Shown: in pieces, positions 37,927-49,494 of the stretch
Layout: every line of letters starts with the position of its first letter
Numbering within the stretch: the first letter of the stretch is position 1
Source of the DNA: Eledone cirrhosa
Lineage: Eukaryota
DNA: 64,000 nucleotides
Direction: 5' to 3'
Assembly (NCBI GenBank): GCA_964016885.1
Contig: OZ024741.1
Span: 330,336,001 to 330,400,000, forward strand
Notes under the pieces: model-generated
What the model was told of the DNA's origin: nothing
Database searches by the model: none
The model's input: the letters and a program-made list of their open reading frames with translations, nothing else
Made by a program: the position numbers and the translations under genes

Positions 37927-39267
37927 AGTCAAATGAGAATATATTTGTGTTCTTAAATAGAATTTTAGTCTACGACTACGACTTATTGTGTTGTATCAGA
38001 CGAAAGAATGGTATTTAACTAATGTATTGGTACGCGATGGGGCCCAAGCTCCTCTATACACTCCGCAGCGCTTCATGCTACACCCAGACATCTGTCCTCG
38101 CTGACCTCAATACTTGTATCCGAACAGCAGCCGAGGGGATATGCAACGTCAAGTTTGACGACATAGGGTGGCAACAGGCCACTTTACCGGTCAGGTATGG
38201 TGGCCTAAGCCTCCGGTCCCCGATCTCACTAGCTTTGCCGGCGTATCTTTCGTCGGTGTCCTCGTCAACAGGGTTCTTCAAAAGACAACAGAACCCTCTG
38301 TGTTCAGAGAACGTGAGACCGGCTAGGACTTAGCCCAGTAGACGTCCCTCCTCCTTCTCTCCCTGTTGACGTCAAGTCCCCCCAACGCACTTGGGATGCC
38401 ATCCAGTGCAGCCTGGCTTCAGACAGGCTCACGCGCCAGCTCAACCAGCACCACCTTGCTTGTTTTTGTGCGGCCTCCAAACCCCACAGTGGTGTCTGGC
38501 TCCATGCTCTGCCCTCCTTCTCCACTGGCACGCAGCTAGACAACCATAGCCTCCGAATCGGCGTTTCCCTGAGGCTCGGCCTCCGGATCTGCCAGACACC
38601 AATGTCGCTGCGGTTCTACCGTGGACTCTTTCGGCCTCCACCCGCTTTCCTATCGCCACAGTGCCGGCCGCATTCCACGCCATACTGCCCTCAACGAGGT
38701 CATTAAGCATGGCTTGGACGCTGCAGGCTTCCCTTCCCAGCTCGAGCCGGTGGGGCTGGATCGAGGGGACGGCAAAAGGCCAGATGGCATGACCATCTTC
38801 CCATTCCGCGGTGGCAAACCCCTCATCTGGGATGCCACTTGCACCGACACTTTCTGCAGCTGCAACCTGGTGCAGTCTGTGACTGACCCAGGTTCTGCTG
38901 CACGTCGGGCTGAGGGGGCCAAACTCCTCAAATACCGGTCGCTCTCCGACAGGTTTGCGGTCGTTCCCCTAGCAGTGGAAACTTCTGGTGTCCTCGGCCC
39001 CAGGGCTACCTCCTTACTCACCACCATAGGCGCTGAGCTGGCCAGCCACAGGTGTGAGCCCCGCGAGTTGGAGTGGCTTTTCCAGCGCGTCTCTCTTGCC
39101 GTCCTCCGGGGAAACGCCTTCTCCATTCTGTCCGCCGGGGCTGTGGGTGGGCCCCATCGCGTACCATTACATTAGTTAAATACCATTCTTTCATCTGATA
39201 CAACACAATAAGTCGTAGTCGTAGACTAAAATTCTATTTAGGAACACAAATATATTCTCGTTTGACT
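37927..39267 (+). mobile_element. CRE-clade (restriction-like endonuclease) non-LTR retrotransposon 3' fragment with a 120-bp terminal inverted duplication
   Basis: PKLLYTLR...WQQATLPVRYGGLSLR..LALPAYLSS (RT thumb); SGVWLHALP...LRLG; CRCG...GLHPLS.....GRIPRH (Zn knuckle); KRPDG...WDATCTD...K..KY...PLAVETSG..GP (PD-(D/E)xK RLE); QRVSLAVLRGNA. Frameshifted, and GC-rich relative to the flanks. Confidence 0.85.
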
Positions 39268-39661
39268 GATATATTAGTTATGGATTCGGGAAGAATGACA
39301 AGCAAAGATGACATTTTTTCCCCACTGCTTGTAATAAAATTCTTTTACTGGTTTCAGTCAACAGACTGTGGCCATGCTGGGGCATCACATTCTTTTGTTC
39401 ATTTACTAATTTCAATCATTAGACTGCTGCCACACTGGAGCATCACTTAGAAGTGATTTAGTCGATCATATCAATCCTAGTATATATTTTGTTCATATCT
39501 AGTACTTATTTTATGAAACACTTTTTGTTGCACTACTACAAGACATAAATAGTAAACGTAAGCACTGACACAAATACACACATACTCACACACATACATA
39601 CATACATATATCCACACATACATGCATACATGCATACACACATCCATACATACATATATAT

Positions 39662-40413
39662 ATATGAAAGGCAGACTGTATGATGCGTGTATCCGAACAG
39701 CGATGTTGCATGGTAGTGAGACCTGGGCGCTGAAGGTGGAAGACTTACGTAGATTAGAGAGAAACGAAGCCTGCATGCTCCGATGGATGTGTAACAGTAA
39801 TATACGTGAACGACAAAGCATAAATGAATTGAGAGAGAGACTGAGCATAAGAGGAATCAAATGCTGCGTGCAGGAGAGGCGGTTACGCTGGTATGGACAT
39901 GTGATGCGTATGAAGGATGACAGCTGCATAAAAAGGTGCAGAGCACTAGAAGTTGATGGAAACCGCGGAGTGGGGAGACCCAAGATGACTTGGGATGAGG
40001 TGATAAAAGCCGACCTTACCCAACTACACCTCTCAAAGTCAATGACACACGACCGTGACTTCTGGCGTCACGCAGTAATACAGGGTACCCGACCTCCCAT
40101 GGGTACATGCTGAAGCATATAAACAATATGCCCCCCCCCCCCCACCGCAAGGTGGTCGTGGAGGTGCCACGGCAAAAAAGCACCCAGCCCACACTGTAAA
40201 GTGGACGTGTAGGCGCCACGAAAAAGCACCCAGCACTCACTGTAAATGAGGTTGGTGTTAGGAAGGGCATCCAGCTGTAGAAATCAAGCCAGATCAGTTC
40301 CTGTATGAGCAAGGCATGGTCAGCCGACCAGACACTGCCCACAACAGGACAACCCGTCTAACCCATGCTAGCGTGGAAGAACGGACGTAAAACGGTGATG
40401 ATGATGATGATGA
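39662..40413 (+). mobile_element. Young 5'-truncated RTE LINE
   Basis: Intact C-terminal ORF (KGRLYDACIRTAMLHGSETW...RWYGHVMR...GRPKMTW), 3' UTR and (GAT)n tail. Confidence 0.92.
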
Positions 40414-40479
40414 TATATATATATGTATATATATATACAATATATTAATAAATGGAAACTATATTTATAAAACCATATT

Positions 40480-40545
40480 TATTTTATTATACATATTTCA
40501 AGGGCAACCAAGGGAAATTTTGGTGCGCTTTCATCAGATAAAATA
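40480..40545 (-). ncRNA. Type I minimal hammerhead ribozyme motif
   Basis: Minus strand reads TATTTTAT-CTGATGA-aagcgcACCAaaatttccctTGGTtgccctt-GAAA-TATGTATA-ATAAAATA, with a perfect 8-bp stem I. Confidence 0.75.
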
Positions 40546-41061
40546 CAGATTTGTTATATAAATAAATATTGACATACCTGGAAAAAAAGAGAACCTTAAT
40601 GGTTGGAGCTTCCTGGATAGTGGAGATAGTACATTTATTGAGGGTAATACAAAGCTATGAGTGAGTAAGCAAATGAGTGTCCGAAAGGTTGAAAAGATAA
40701 CGGTTTATTTAAATTAAACTGTTGGAAGAAGATGATATGTAAAGGAGAGAGAAAAAAGAGAAAAAAAGTAAAAAGAAAGGAGAAAGATAGAAGATGAAAG
40801 AAAGAATGATTATATATATTGATAGTGAAAATAGAGTGCATGAAGAAATTTTTTTCTCTCTGCCTTACATATCATCTTCTTCCAACAGTTTAATTTAAAT
40901 AAACCGTTATCTTTTCAACCTTTCGGACACTCATTTACATACTCACTCATAGCTTTGTATCACCCTCAATAAATGTACTATCTCCACTATCCAGGAAGCT
41001 CCAACCGTTAAGGCTGTCTTTTTTTCCGGGTATGTCAATATTTATTTATAAAACAAATCTG

Positions 41062-41127
41062 TATTTTATCTGATGAAAGCGCACCATAATTTGCCTTGGT
41101 TGCTCTTGAAATATGTATAATAAAATA
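41062..41127 (+). ncRNA. Type I minimal hammerhead ribozyme motif
   Basis: TATTTTAT-CTGATGA(41070)-aagcgcACCA..TGGTtgctctt-GAAA(41108)-T ATGT A TA-ATAAAATA. Predicted cleavage is after AUA at 41119. Confidence 0.75.
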
Positions 41128-42844
41128 AATATGGTTTTATAAATATAGTTTCCATTTATTAATATATTGTATATTTACTCCACTAATCTGTTGAGTACTT
41201 TATATCAGTTATAAACATTTTAAAGCTTGTTGAATCCCAACAAATTAAATATAACCTCTGCATATATATATATATACATACACTGTTACATACATATATA
41301 CACACATACACATATACATAGATACATACACCACACATATACACATATTCATGCACACATATATACACATACATATACACTCACATACATACATGCACAC
41401 AAACATACATACCTGCATACACACATACATACATACACATGCATACATACACACACATGCATACATACACACACATGCATACATACACACACATGCATAC
41501 ATACACACAACTGTAAACATGGTTGGTGTTAGGAAGGGCATCCAGCCGTAGAAAGCCTGCCAGATAGTCCTATATGAGCAAGACAACCAATCTTGCCTCA
41601 AGTGGGACAATTCCCGTCTAAACCCATGCTAGCGTGGAAGATAGACGTTAAACAATGATGATGATGTATCCATCCATACACACATACTTACATACATACA
41701 AACACAGACATGCATACATACACACACACATGCATGCATACATACACATGCATGCATACATACATATATACACATACATACATGCACGCATACATACAAT
41801 GGGTTTCTTCACAGTTTCCGCCTACCAAATTTCACTCACAAAGCATTATTAGTCAATAAAGAAAAAATCCTGATTAGTTGCTAAGGAATTAAAATATGTA
41901 AAAAAATATAAAAAACATAACTAAATAAATTGTAAAAAAATCTAAATATCAAACAAGAGACAAAGAGGAAAAGTAAGAAAAATAATTAGATCCTGTTTGT
42001 TTATCTCATCTGTCTATTCCTACTCCCTTACCAATTGTAACTATATATTTTTATTTAAAATGATAGTGGTTGAAATATATCATCATCACCGTTCTACGTC
42101 CGTTCTTCCATGCTAGCATGGGTGCACATGTATGTGTATGCATGTGTGTGTATAAATATATATGAAGAAAATACATATCTATATGTATGTGTTTGTATAT
42201 ATGTGTGTACGTATGTATATGTGTGTGTATGTATATATATTTATGTACATATATATAAGGAGAAAGAGAGACAGTGCACTACAAAGATAGATGGAATAGA
42301 GGCAAGAAGAACTAAACAGTGAGTCGGAGAGAGATAGACAGACTGATAGAGAGAAGGAGGATGGGATGGACAAAAGAGAGACAGAGATCTAGAGAGTGAG
42401 AACTAAAAAAAAAACAAAGGGAATGAAGGAGAGCAGGAGGGAAAAACAGATGAACACAGAGAGAAAAAGAAAATCATTGTTACTAAAGCAGTGAGGAAGA
42501 TGGGGCTTAGAGAGAGTGGGGGAGAAACAGAGAGAGAGAGGGAGAGAATCATTGTTATTAAAGCAATTTGTTTCAGTAAAGTAAAAAGGATTATTCAGCA
42601 CTTAGTCAGCATTTGGCATTGTTGAAGTTATTGTAGCGTAAAACTTAGCATTGATCTGCGGATGGTGGTGGATCATTGATCTTAAATCCATCATGTGATA
42701 TTTAGCAATAAAACTTAACAATGTCATTGATCAGTGGCTGGTGATAGATCAATCATGTTAAAGCTATCATGTGATATTTAACAATAACTAGTTGATGCAT
42801 GCTGTGTACTTAATTGTAAATTTTAATAGGAAAATGAAAAGAGG

Positions 42845-43192
42845 TCAGTCATCAGATTGGACCAAGGAAACTATGTTTCCATTGTTTTTTTTCTCCGTTG
42901 TTAATACTATTTGTCAGTCATAATACCTGGCTGAAGAAAGGAGTTGACCATCAGATTGGACCAAGGAAACTAATTATGTTTCCATTGGTGTTTTCATTGT
43001 TAACACTATCTGTCAGTCACAACACCTGGGTGAAAAAAAGGAGCTGATAATCAGATGAGACCAAGGAAACTATGTTACCATAGTTTTTTTTCACTGTTGA
43101 TACTATCTGTTGGTCACAACACCTGTCAGGTGCTGATCATCAGATTGGACCAAATAACTATGTTTCCATTAGTTATTTTTTCATTGCTGATG
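42845..43192. repeat. ~85-105-bp tandem repeat (4 units) of a SINE-internal segment
   Basis: Repeated ATCAGATTGGACCAAGGAAACTATGTTTCCATTG...ATACTATCTGTCAGTCACAACACCTG; reverse complement of the SINE segment at ~1300-1365. Confidence 0.75.
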
Positions 43193-43746
43193 GAGGTAGG
43201 ACTTGAACTCAGAACTAACAAGACAAGATTGGATACTGACTTATTAATAATTCAAACACAATTCAGATCAAGGCCCAGAATGGTGGCATTATGTGAATGC
43301 CTTGCTGAGGGTTTAGTAGACTGTATTGGTGGAAGAAAGAAGACTGTATTAGTAGGGGATTGGGGAATGTTTAGTAGGGGTTAGGGTTAGTGTTGGTAGG
43401 AAAGAGAAGACCATATTAGTAAGGGACAAGGGAGTGTTTTTGTGCGGAACAGAAGACCATATTAGTAGGGATTAGGGGACTATTTTGGTGGGGAATAAAG
43501 AATTGTCTGGTAAAGAAAGAGAAGACTGTATTAGTAGGGAATAGGGGACTGTTTTGGTACAGATTTAAAGGGACTGCACTGCTGAAGCTCAAGGTTTGAA
43601 ATGTTGGAGCTTAGGAGAACAAAAACTGAAAGTTTAAAAGAGAAAATTTGTTCAACTGAGGCCTGAGGGAGAAAATATAAAGCGTGTAAAAGTTGAAGAA
43701 AAAAAGATAAGATGAGTATTGTTAGAAACGTCATCTATATCTATAC

Positions 43747-44035
43747 CAGTGGTTCCCAAACTTTTTTTACTCATGGTGCATTTTTGAAAAAGTAAAAATA
43801 TGTTGGCTTATTTGTATCATAAATTCAAACAAAACACCTCTTATTCCTAACAGAGTTGACAGATTGTGCTATTTTTCGCAAATCTTGTTACTAAACTTTA
43901 CTTGTTTGCCACTTTGACAGCTATGTATATGAATTTTCATATGAATTTCAATTTGTATTTTTCACATCTTAAAACTTATTCTTAGTCTTAGGTGCATCCA
44001 GTTACATCTCGCACCACATGGTTTGGGAACCACTG
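43747..44035. mobile_element. hAT (Charlie-like) MITE
   Basis: TIR CAGTGGTTCCCAAAC ... GTTTGGGAACCACTG. Degenerate 8-bp TSD ATCTATAC/GTCTAAAC resembling NTCTAGAN. Confidence 0.8.
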
Positions 44036-46061
44036 GTCTAAACCATACTGTGAATGTTTGAGAGTTAAGAAAGGCATAATTAAATATGCCATCTGTATTT
44101 ATACCATACTGTGAATGCCTCCCTCAAACTATATTGCTCAACCATATATCCACATCTGTTATGAAGGCTGCAACTGGCCAGTTGGTTGATTTCCTCATGG
44201 CTGTCCTGACAGTTTAAAGTTCTCTTCATCTGAATGTCTTTTTTGTAATCACGGTTGGTATAAATAAGGTGGAGGCATGTGGCCTAGTGGTAAGGGTGTT
44301 CGACTTATGATCATAATGTAATGGGTTTGATTCATGGACTGGGTTGAGTGTTGTTTTCTTGAGCAAAACACTTCATTTCCTGTTGCTCTAGTACACTCAA
44401 TTGAAAATGAGTACCAGCAATAGCTGGGGGTTTGACCCTGCAGTGGACTGGCATCCTGTCCTGGGGGAAGTCTTATACTCTCAGTCTTATACTCTCAGTT
44501 GGAAACCAAGATAAGCACCGACCTGAAGAGCCTCTGGGCTCAAGACAAACTTTAAACTTGGTATAAATGAAAGAGTTTCAATTATATTCATGGCATGGCA
44601 AAGTCCAGCTGGAGCATTAGTGCAGGTATATCAATGGCATGGTATGGCAAAGACCAGCTGGTATATTAATGTTTAAATGGTATAGTATGGCAACATCGAG
44701 CTGGAACCTTGGTATTGGTTCATCAATGATAATTTGGTTAGAAGTCAGAGAAACTGTCCAATTGGTAAAAAATCTGGTCACCCCACTCAGGTGGGGTGGG
44801 GTGACCAGAAAACTACAATTATTGCCATGACTCCATCTCCATGTCCAATAGAATAGCAGTCATCAAACAACTTGCCCTCACATAATCCTCCAAAGGGTTA
44901 ACAACTTTCTTATTGATGCCAACTGAGATGTATCAAAGATGAGGTTTTCATGCCATTCCTTTGCAATCTGGCATCAAAGAGATGAATGAGGAGGACACAC
45001 AGAAATATGACACCTCGCAGTCTTATTTATGAAGAAGTGCTCTGCACAGTTGTGACCTTCACAGTATCGTACATGTTTTTGAAACTATTTGATCTCGACC
45101 AAGTGGGACACTCCCCTTTTTGGCCACTACTCCACTGTTGCCATAGTGATTCACTTGAATGTAATTAGATGTTGATGAGAACGGCTTTTTTAAAGACTGG
45201 GAATAATTTGACCGTTTCTCTTTCTGAATTTGCTGGAAAATGAGCTGAGCTGTGTCTTTGTAGCGTTGGTGTATATAGAATGTAGACTCCAGGAAGGGTA
45301 CAGGTGATTTATTCATTTAGTTGCAAGAATTGATTGATAATTAAACTTTTTATCCCTTTTGACATCAAGCTGCTTGAAACTGTCTTTGGTTTTATGAGAG
45401 AAATCTGCTTCATTTAAAATGTTATATTTATCTAAAAACATTCCATTACAATTTCATATAGGAACCTTTGTTAAGTTATGCTCCAACACCAGGTTAATAA
45501 TAAAAAAAACAAAAAAAAACATTGGTATATAAATACTTGATTATTTTCAAATTGTTTTGAAAATGATAGGTAGTGTCTTTCATTAGAGCAATGAAAGGGT
45601 TAATTGTGGTATTTTAATTGAATTATTCAGGTCATCTTGTTATTGTTGTTGGTGATGAAGATGTTGATAATACTACAGTGGCCTTAATTAAGGACACGTG
45701 TAACAGAAGGTTGTATATGGATCACTGCAAAGAAATTGTAAAGAAAACCGAATGCAATTCACACACAACTAAAATCTGTTAGTTTTGATGTGTGTATATA
45801 GTTGCCAAGGAGACAGAGTGTTAGTGTAGTGTGGTAAACACTAGACTGAGCAGGAGCAGCAGTATAGACAGGAGAGAGCGAGAGAGAGAGAGCATAAATG
45901 TATGTTGTATATATGAATATAAATATATGTGTGTGTGTCAGTTCATATATATATTTACACACACACACACACATATATATATATGAGTAGGTGAATTTTA
46001 ATAATGTCCCAAAACTAAAAGATTGATCTGTAAAAAGACTTTCTATAACAGAGTAAAGTTA

Positions 46062-46295
46062 GTTTAACCACATAACTAACTAACCTGTTAACTATATAAC
46101 CGAACTGTTAACTATATAACTAAAACTGTTAACTATATAACTAAAACTGTTAACTATATAACTAACCTGTTAACTATATAACTAACCTGTTAACTATATA
46201 ACTAACTTGTTAACTATATACCTGACTGATGTGTTAACTACATAACTAACTAAACTGTTAACTACATAACTAAATTGATGTGTTAACTATATAAC
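46062..46295. repeat. 20-bp minisatellite
   Basis: Repeated CTAACCTGTTAACTATATAA. Confidence 0.88.
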
Positions 46296-46389
46296 AAATT
46301 GACCTGATCCCTCTCTGTAGCATGTTCTAGCAAGTTTGTTCAATCTAGTCAACTCCAGCTTAGCTTTGGCAATATTTGATTTGTGATGA

Positions 46390-46588
46390 CACCAGCAACA
46401 CTACCACCACCACCACCATCATCGCAACCAACACCACCACTGCTGCTGCCGCAACCACCACCACAAACTACAGCAACAACACTCATTACCACCACTTTAA
46501 CTACAGCACACTACCACCTCCACTGTCAGATCACACCCCTACCACTGCTACCACCACCACCACTGCCACCCTCAGCAGCACCACCACA
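46390..46588. repeat. Degenerate (CAC/CAA/CTG)n trinucleotide tract
   Basis: Direct reading; it produces poly-Thr and poly-Pro pseudo-ORFs. Confidence 0.85.
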
Positions 46589-47534
46589 TGTTGATAGGAG
46601 CCAAACAAAAAAAAGGAGCTGATCAACAGATTGGGTAAAGTTTTGTTGGTACCACAACATCCAGTCCTAAATAAATGAGGTTGTGTAGGTGTCACAACAA
46701 AAAAAACACACAGTCCACGCTGTAATGTGTCCATGTAGGTAACATGGTAAAAACCTCCCAGTCCACACTGTAAACGAGGTTGGTGTTAGGAAGGGCATCC
46801 AGCCGTACAAAACCTGCCAGACAGTCCCATATGAGCGAGACGACCAATCTTGCCTCAAGTGGGACAATTCCCGTCTAAACCCATGCTAGCGTAGAAGATA
46901 GACGTTAAACGATGATGATGATGATGATGAATTATTTGCACTGGTCTTTCCATTGTTGATACTATCTGCCGATTGTAACCCTTAGCAGAATGAGGTAGGA
47001 TTTGAACTCAAAAGATACATTACTATAGTATATCTGATTCATTGCTCCTTGGACTGGTATTTTATTTATGCCCCCCTCCCCCCTTCCCGAAAGGATGAAT
47101 GACGAAGCTGACCTTGATAGGATTTGAACTCGGACTGCAAAAAGGCAGAAAATTTTAGATGTCTTAACCAGTTTGGTTGGTTGTTTGTTTGGTGTGATTC
47201 TATCTTCTCATCCCTGTCCTGGACTTACCCTTGGTTGGTGTTAGGAAGGGCATCCAGCTGTAGAAATCAAGCCAGAATCAGTTCCCGTATGAGCAAGGCA
47301 TGGTCAGCCGACCGGACACTGCCTACAACAGGACAACCCATCTAACCCATGCTAGCGTGGAAGAACGGACATAAAACGGTGATGATGATGATATATCAAA
47401 ATGGATGTGGTAAAAATCTGTTAGACCATTACTCACCACCAGAGTACTCAATACTTTGGGTAGTAGAGTATGGTAATATGAAAGAGCCGGGACTCCGACG
47501 GCTGAGCTCTTGCCATTTCAACAGCTAGTTCCGA

Positions 47535-47565
<31 letters not shown>

Positions 47566-47984
47566 ATATATATATCTATATATACTTACGGTAAACATGC
47601 TGACTAAACAGGGTTGCGTAATGATACAATTCAATTCGAGCACTCAATGTCATGCATTTTCTTCCAAATAAGATTTGACAGTCGATGACAGAATATATGT
47701 AGAATAAGAAAAATGCAAAGTTCGGTGTAGATGTTAAAGAGTCCTTTATTAACAAAGTTGTGATACATATTTCAATGAAGATTGTGGCTAGATAATTGTT
47801 CAATCATACAACCAGTCACATGATCTCATCAGACAGCATCGTTATATAATAAGGTTATGTTTCCGAGGCAATCCAAACCAAACATAAGAAGCAAGGGAAC
47901 GGACAAAAATAATGTTTTCATAGCTTATGTCCATTCTAACCTTATTACATAAAGGGGTCCCACATTTTATATATATACATATAT

Positions 47985-48081
<97 letters not shown>

Positions 48082-48130
48082 TATATCAAAATAAAGATCT
48101 GAAGGCATGGTATAAATTTCCAATCATTTT

Positions 48131-48208
48131 AATCACGACACATGTTTCAATAAGAGATAGATCGATCGTGAGGTCATGATCGATTATCAATGATCTCATC
48201 AGGTGAAT
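48131..48208 (-). ncRNA. Type I hammerhead ribozyme motif with a canonical GUC site
   Basis: Minus strand reads TTCAC-CTGATGA-gatcattGATAATCGATCatgacctcacGATCGATcTATCtcttatt-GAAA-C ATGT G-TC-GTGAT. A degenerate sibling (CTGATGA-GATCAT..ATGATT-GAAC) lies at ~47785-47838. Both are downstream of, and on the same strand as, the Penelope ORF. Confidence 0.75.
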
Positions 48209-49494
48209 AATGAATTGTCTTCAAATCTTTGATATGAGGGAGGAAAAACTAATAATGTTCATTCACTAGAGTTTTGTTCCCCATATGAAGATTCAGCAGC
48301 CAAAACATGCCAACTGTCTTCAGTCAGGGTCATAAATCTATCAAGTCTCTATCTTTCAATAGCTGTATAAGACGTTGGACAGGTCTAATCTCAACATCAA
48401 ATCTGTAGAATTTCGGTCAGTCACAATTAGTGTGAGTGAGTACACACACACTCACACACACACCGATGCGAGGTCAGAGGAAAAAAATATATATACCAAC
48501 ATAGTATGCACCGAAAGTTAGGTTACAAAACGACAAATGTTATATTGGTCAAATCTCAATTTTAACGCTGTAAATTAGAAAAATTGGGTCAACCACAACA
48601 CTATACACACGCAAGTAAATCCCGTTCAACGTTCTGCTATACGTGTATCGATTGAATTGTAACATCCGTATCGTCTAAATAGTGTATGTTTTGGTATATA
48701 CACATCCCTGTGTAGAGCAAGTAGTCAGCTTGTATTGAACTCTGTATGTGCCGTTGTCTCGTTGAGAATCTGAGTCCCTGAGTCTGTGCGTGCAAGCACC
48801 CGCCATGTAGGCCACCAAGGGGCTCCATGTAGGGTTGGGTATTTGAGTTAAAGTGTCAGTGTGTGCGTTTTCCCGTCATATGGGCCCTCAGCCTTTTAAG
48901 ATGAGTGTTTGAGTGGTGGAGGTGTGTTACAACACAAAAAAAAAAAAAAAAAAAATAAAATAACAAAACCCAGGGGATGTGTGTAAGTGTCATGGGCCCA
49001 TTGATGGCGTGTATGTAGTATTGTCCATTCAGCAACTGTGAGCACTCCATAGATAGAGGATCACAGACCAAAAACCTAGTGTAGTATTCAATTGATAAGA
49101 TCGTGACTATTCATAACTGTGGGAACTCCATGCTAAAGAAACCGGGTACTGCGTGTAGAATTATGTATAAAGAGCGTAATCGTTCTTAACTGAGTGTGTA
49201 ATACGTCTAACTATTTACTAACTGAGAGAAATTTATGGTTAGGGTATTCTAAAGTAATGGTGAATGCGCGTAATCGGTCTTAACTGAGTGTGTAATTGTT
49301 CTAACTATTTACTAACTAGGTATTCTAAAGTAATGGTAAATGTGCACTCAGCTGTGAGAACTCTGTGGAAACATACCGAGTACCGTGTGTAAGTGCGCAA
49401 ACGATCTTAACTGTCTACTACCTAAGTGTGTGATTGTCTATTTTTTGCCAATTGAGAGAACTTTATGGCTTAGGTAAAAAGGGTGGAGTTAGTG

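Larger units (their letters stand above)
40433..41262. repeat. Long fold-back element (~325-bp arms, ~90-bp spacer, ~90-bp unpaired tail); Penelope-like pLTR pair
   Basis: 40433-40757 is the reverse complement of ~40849-41174 with scattered mismatches. Flanked by (TA)n. Related copies at 59410-60145 and 62350-62510. Confidence 0.92.
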
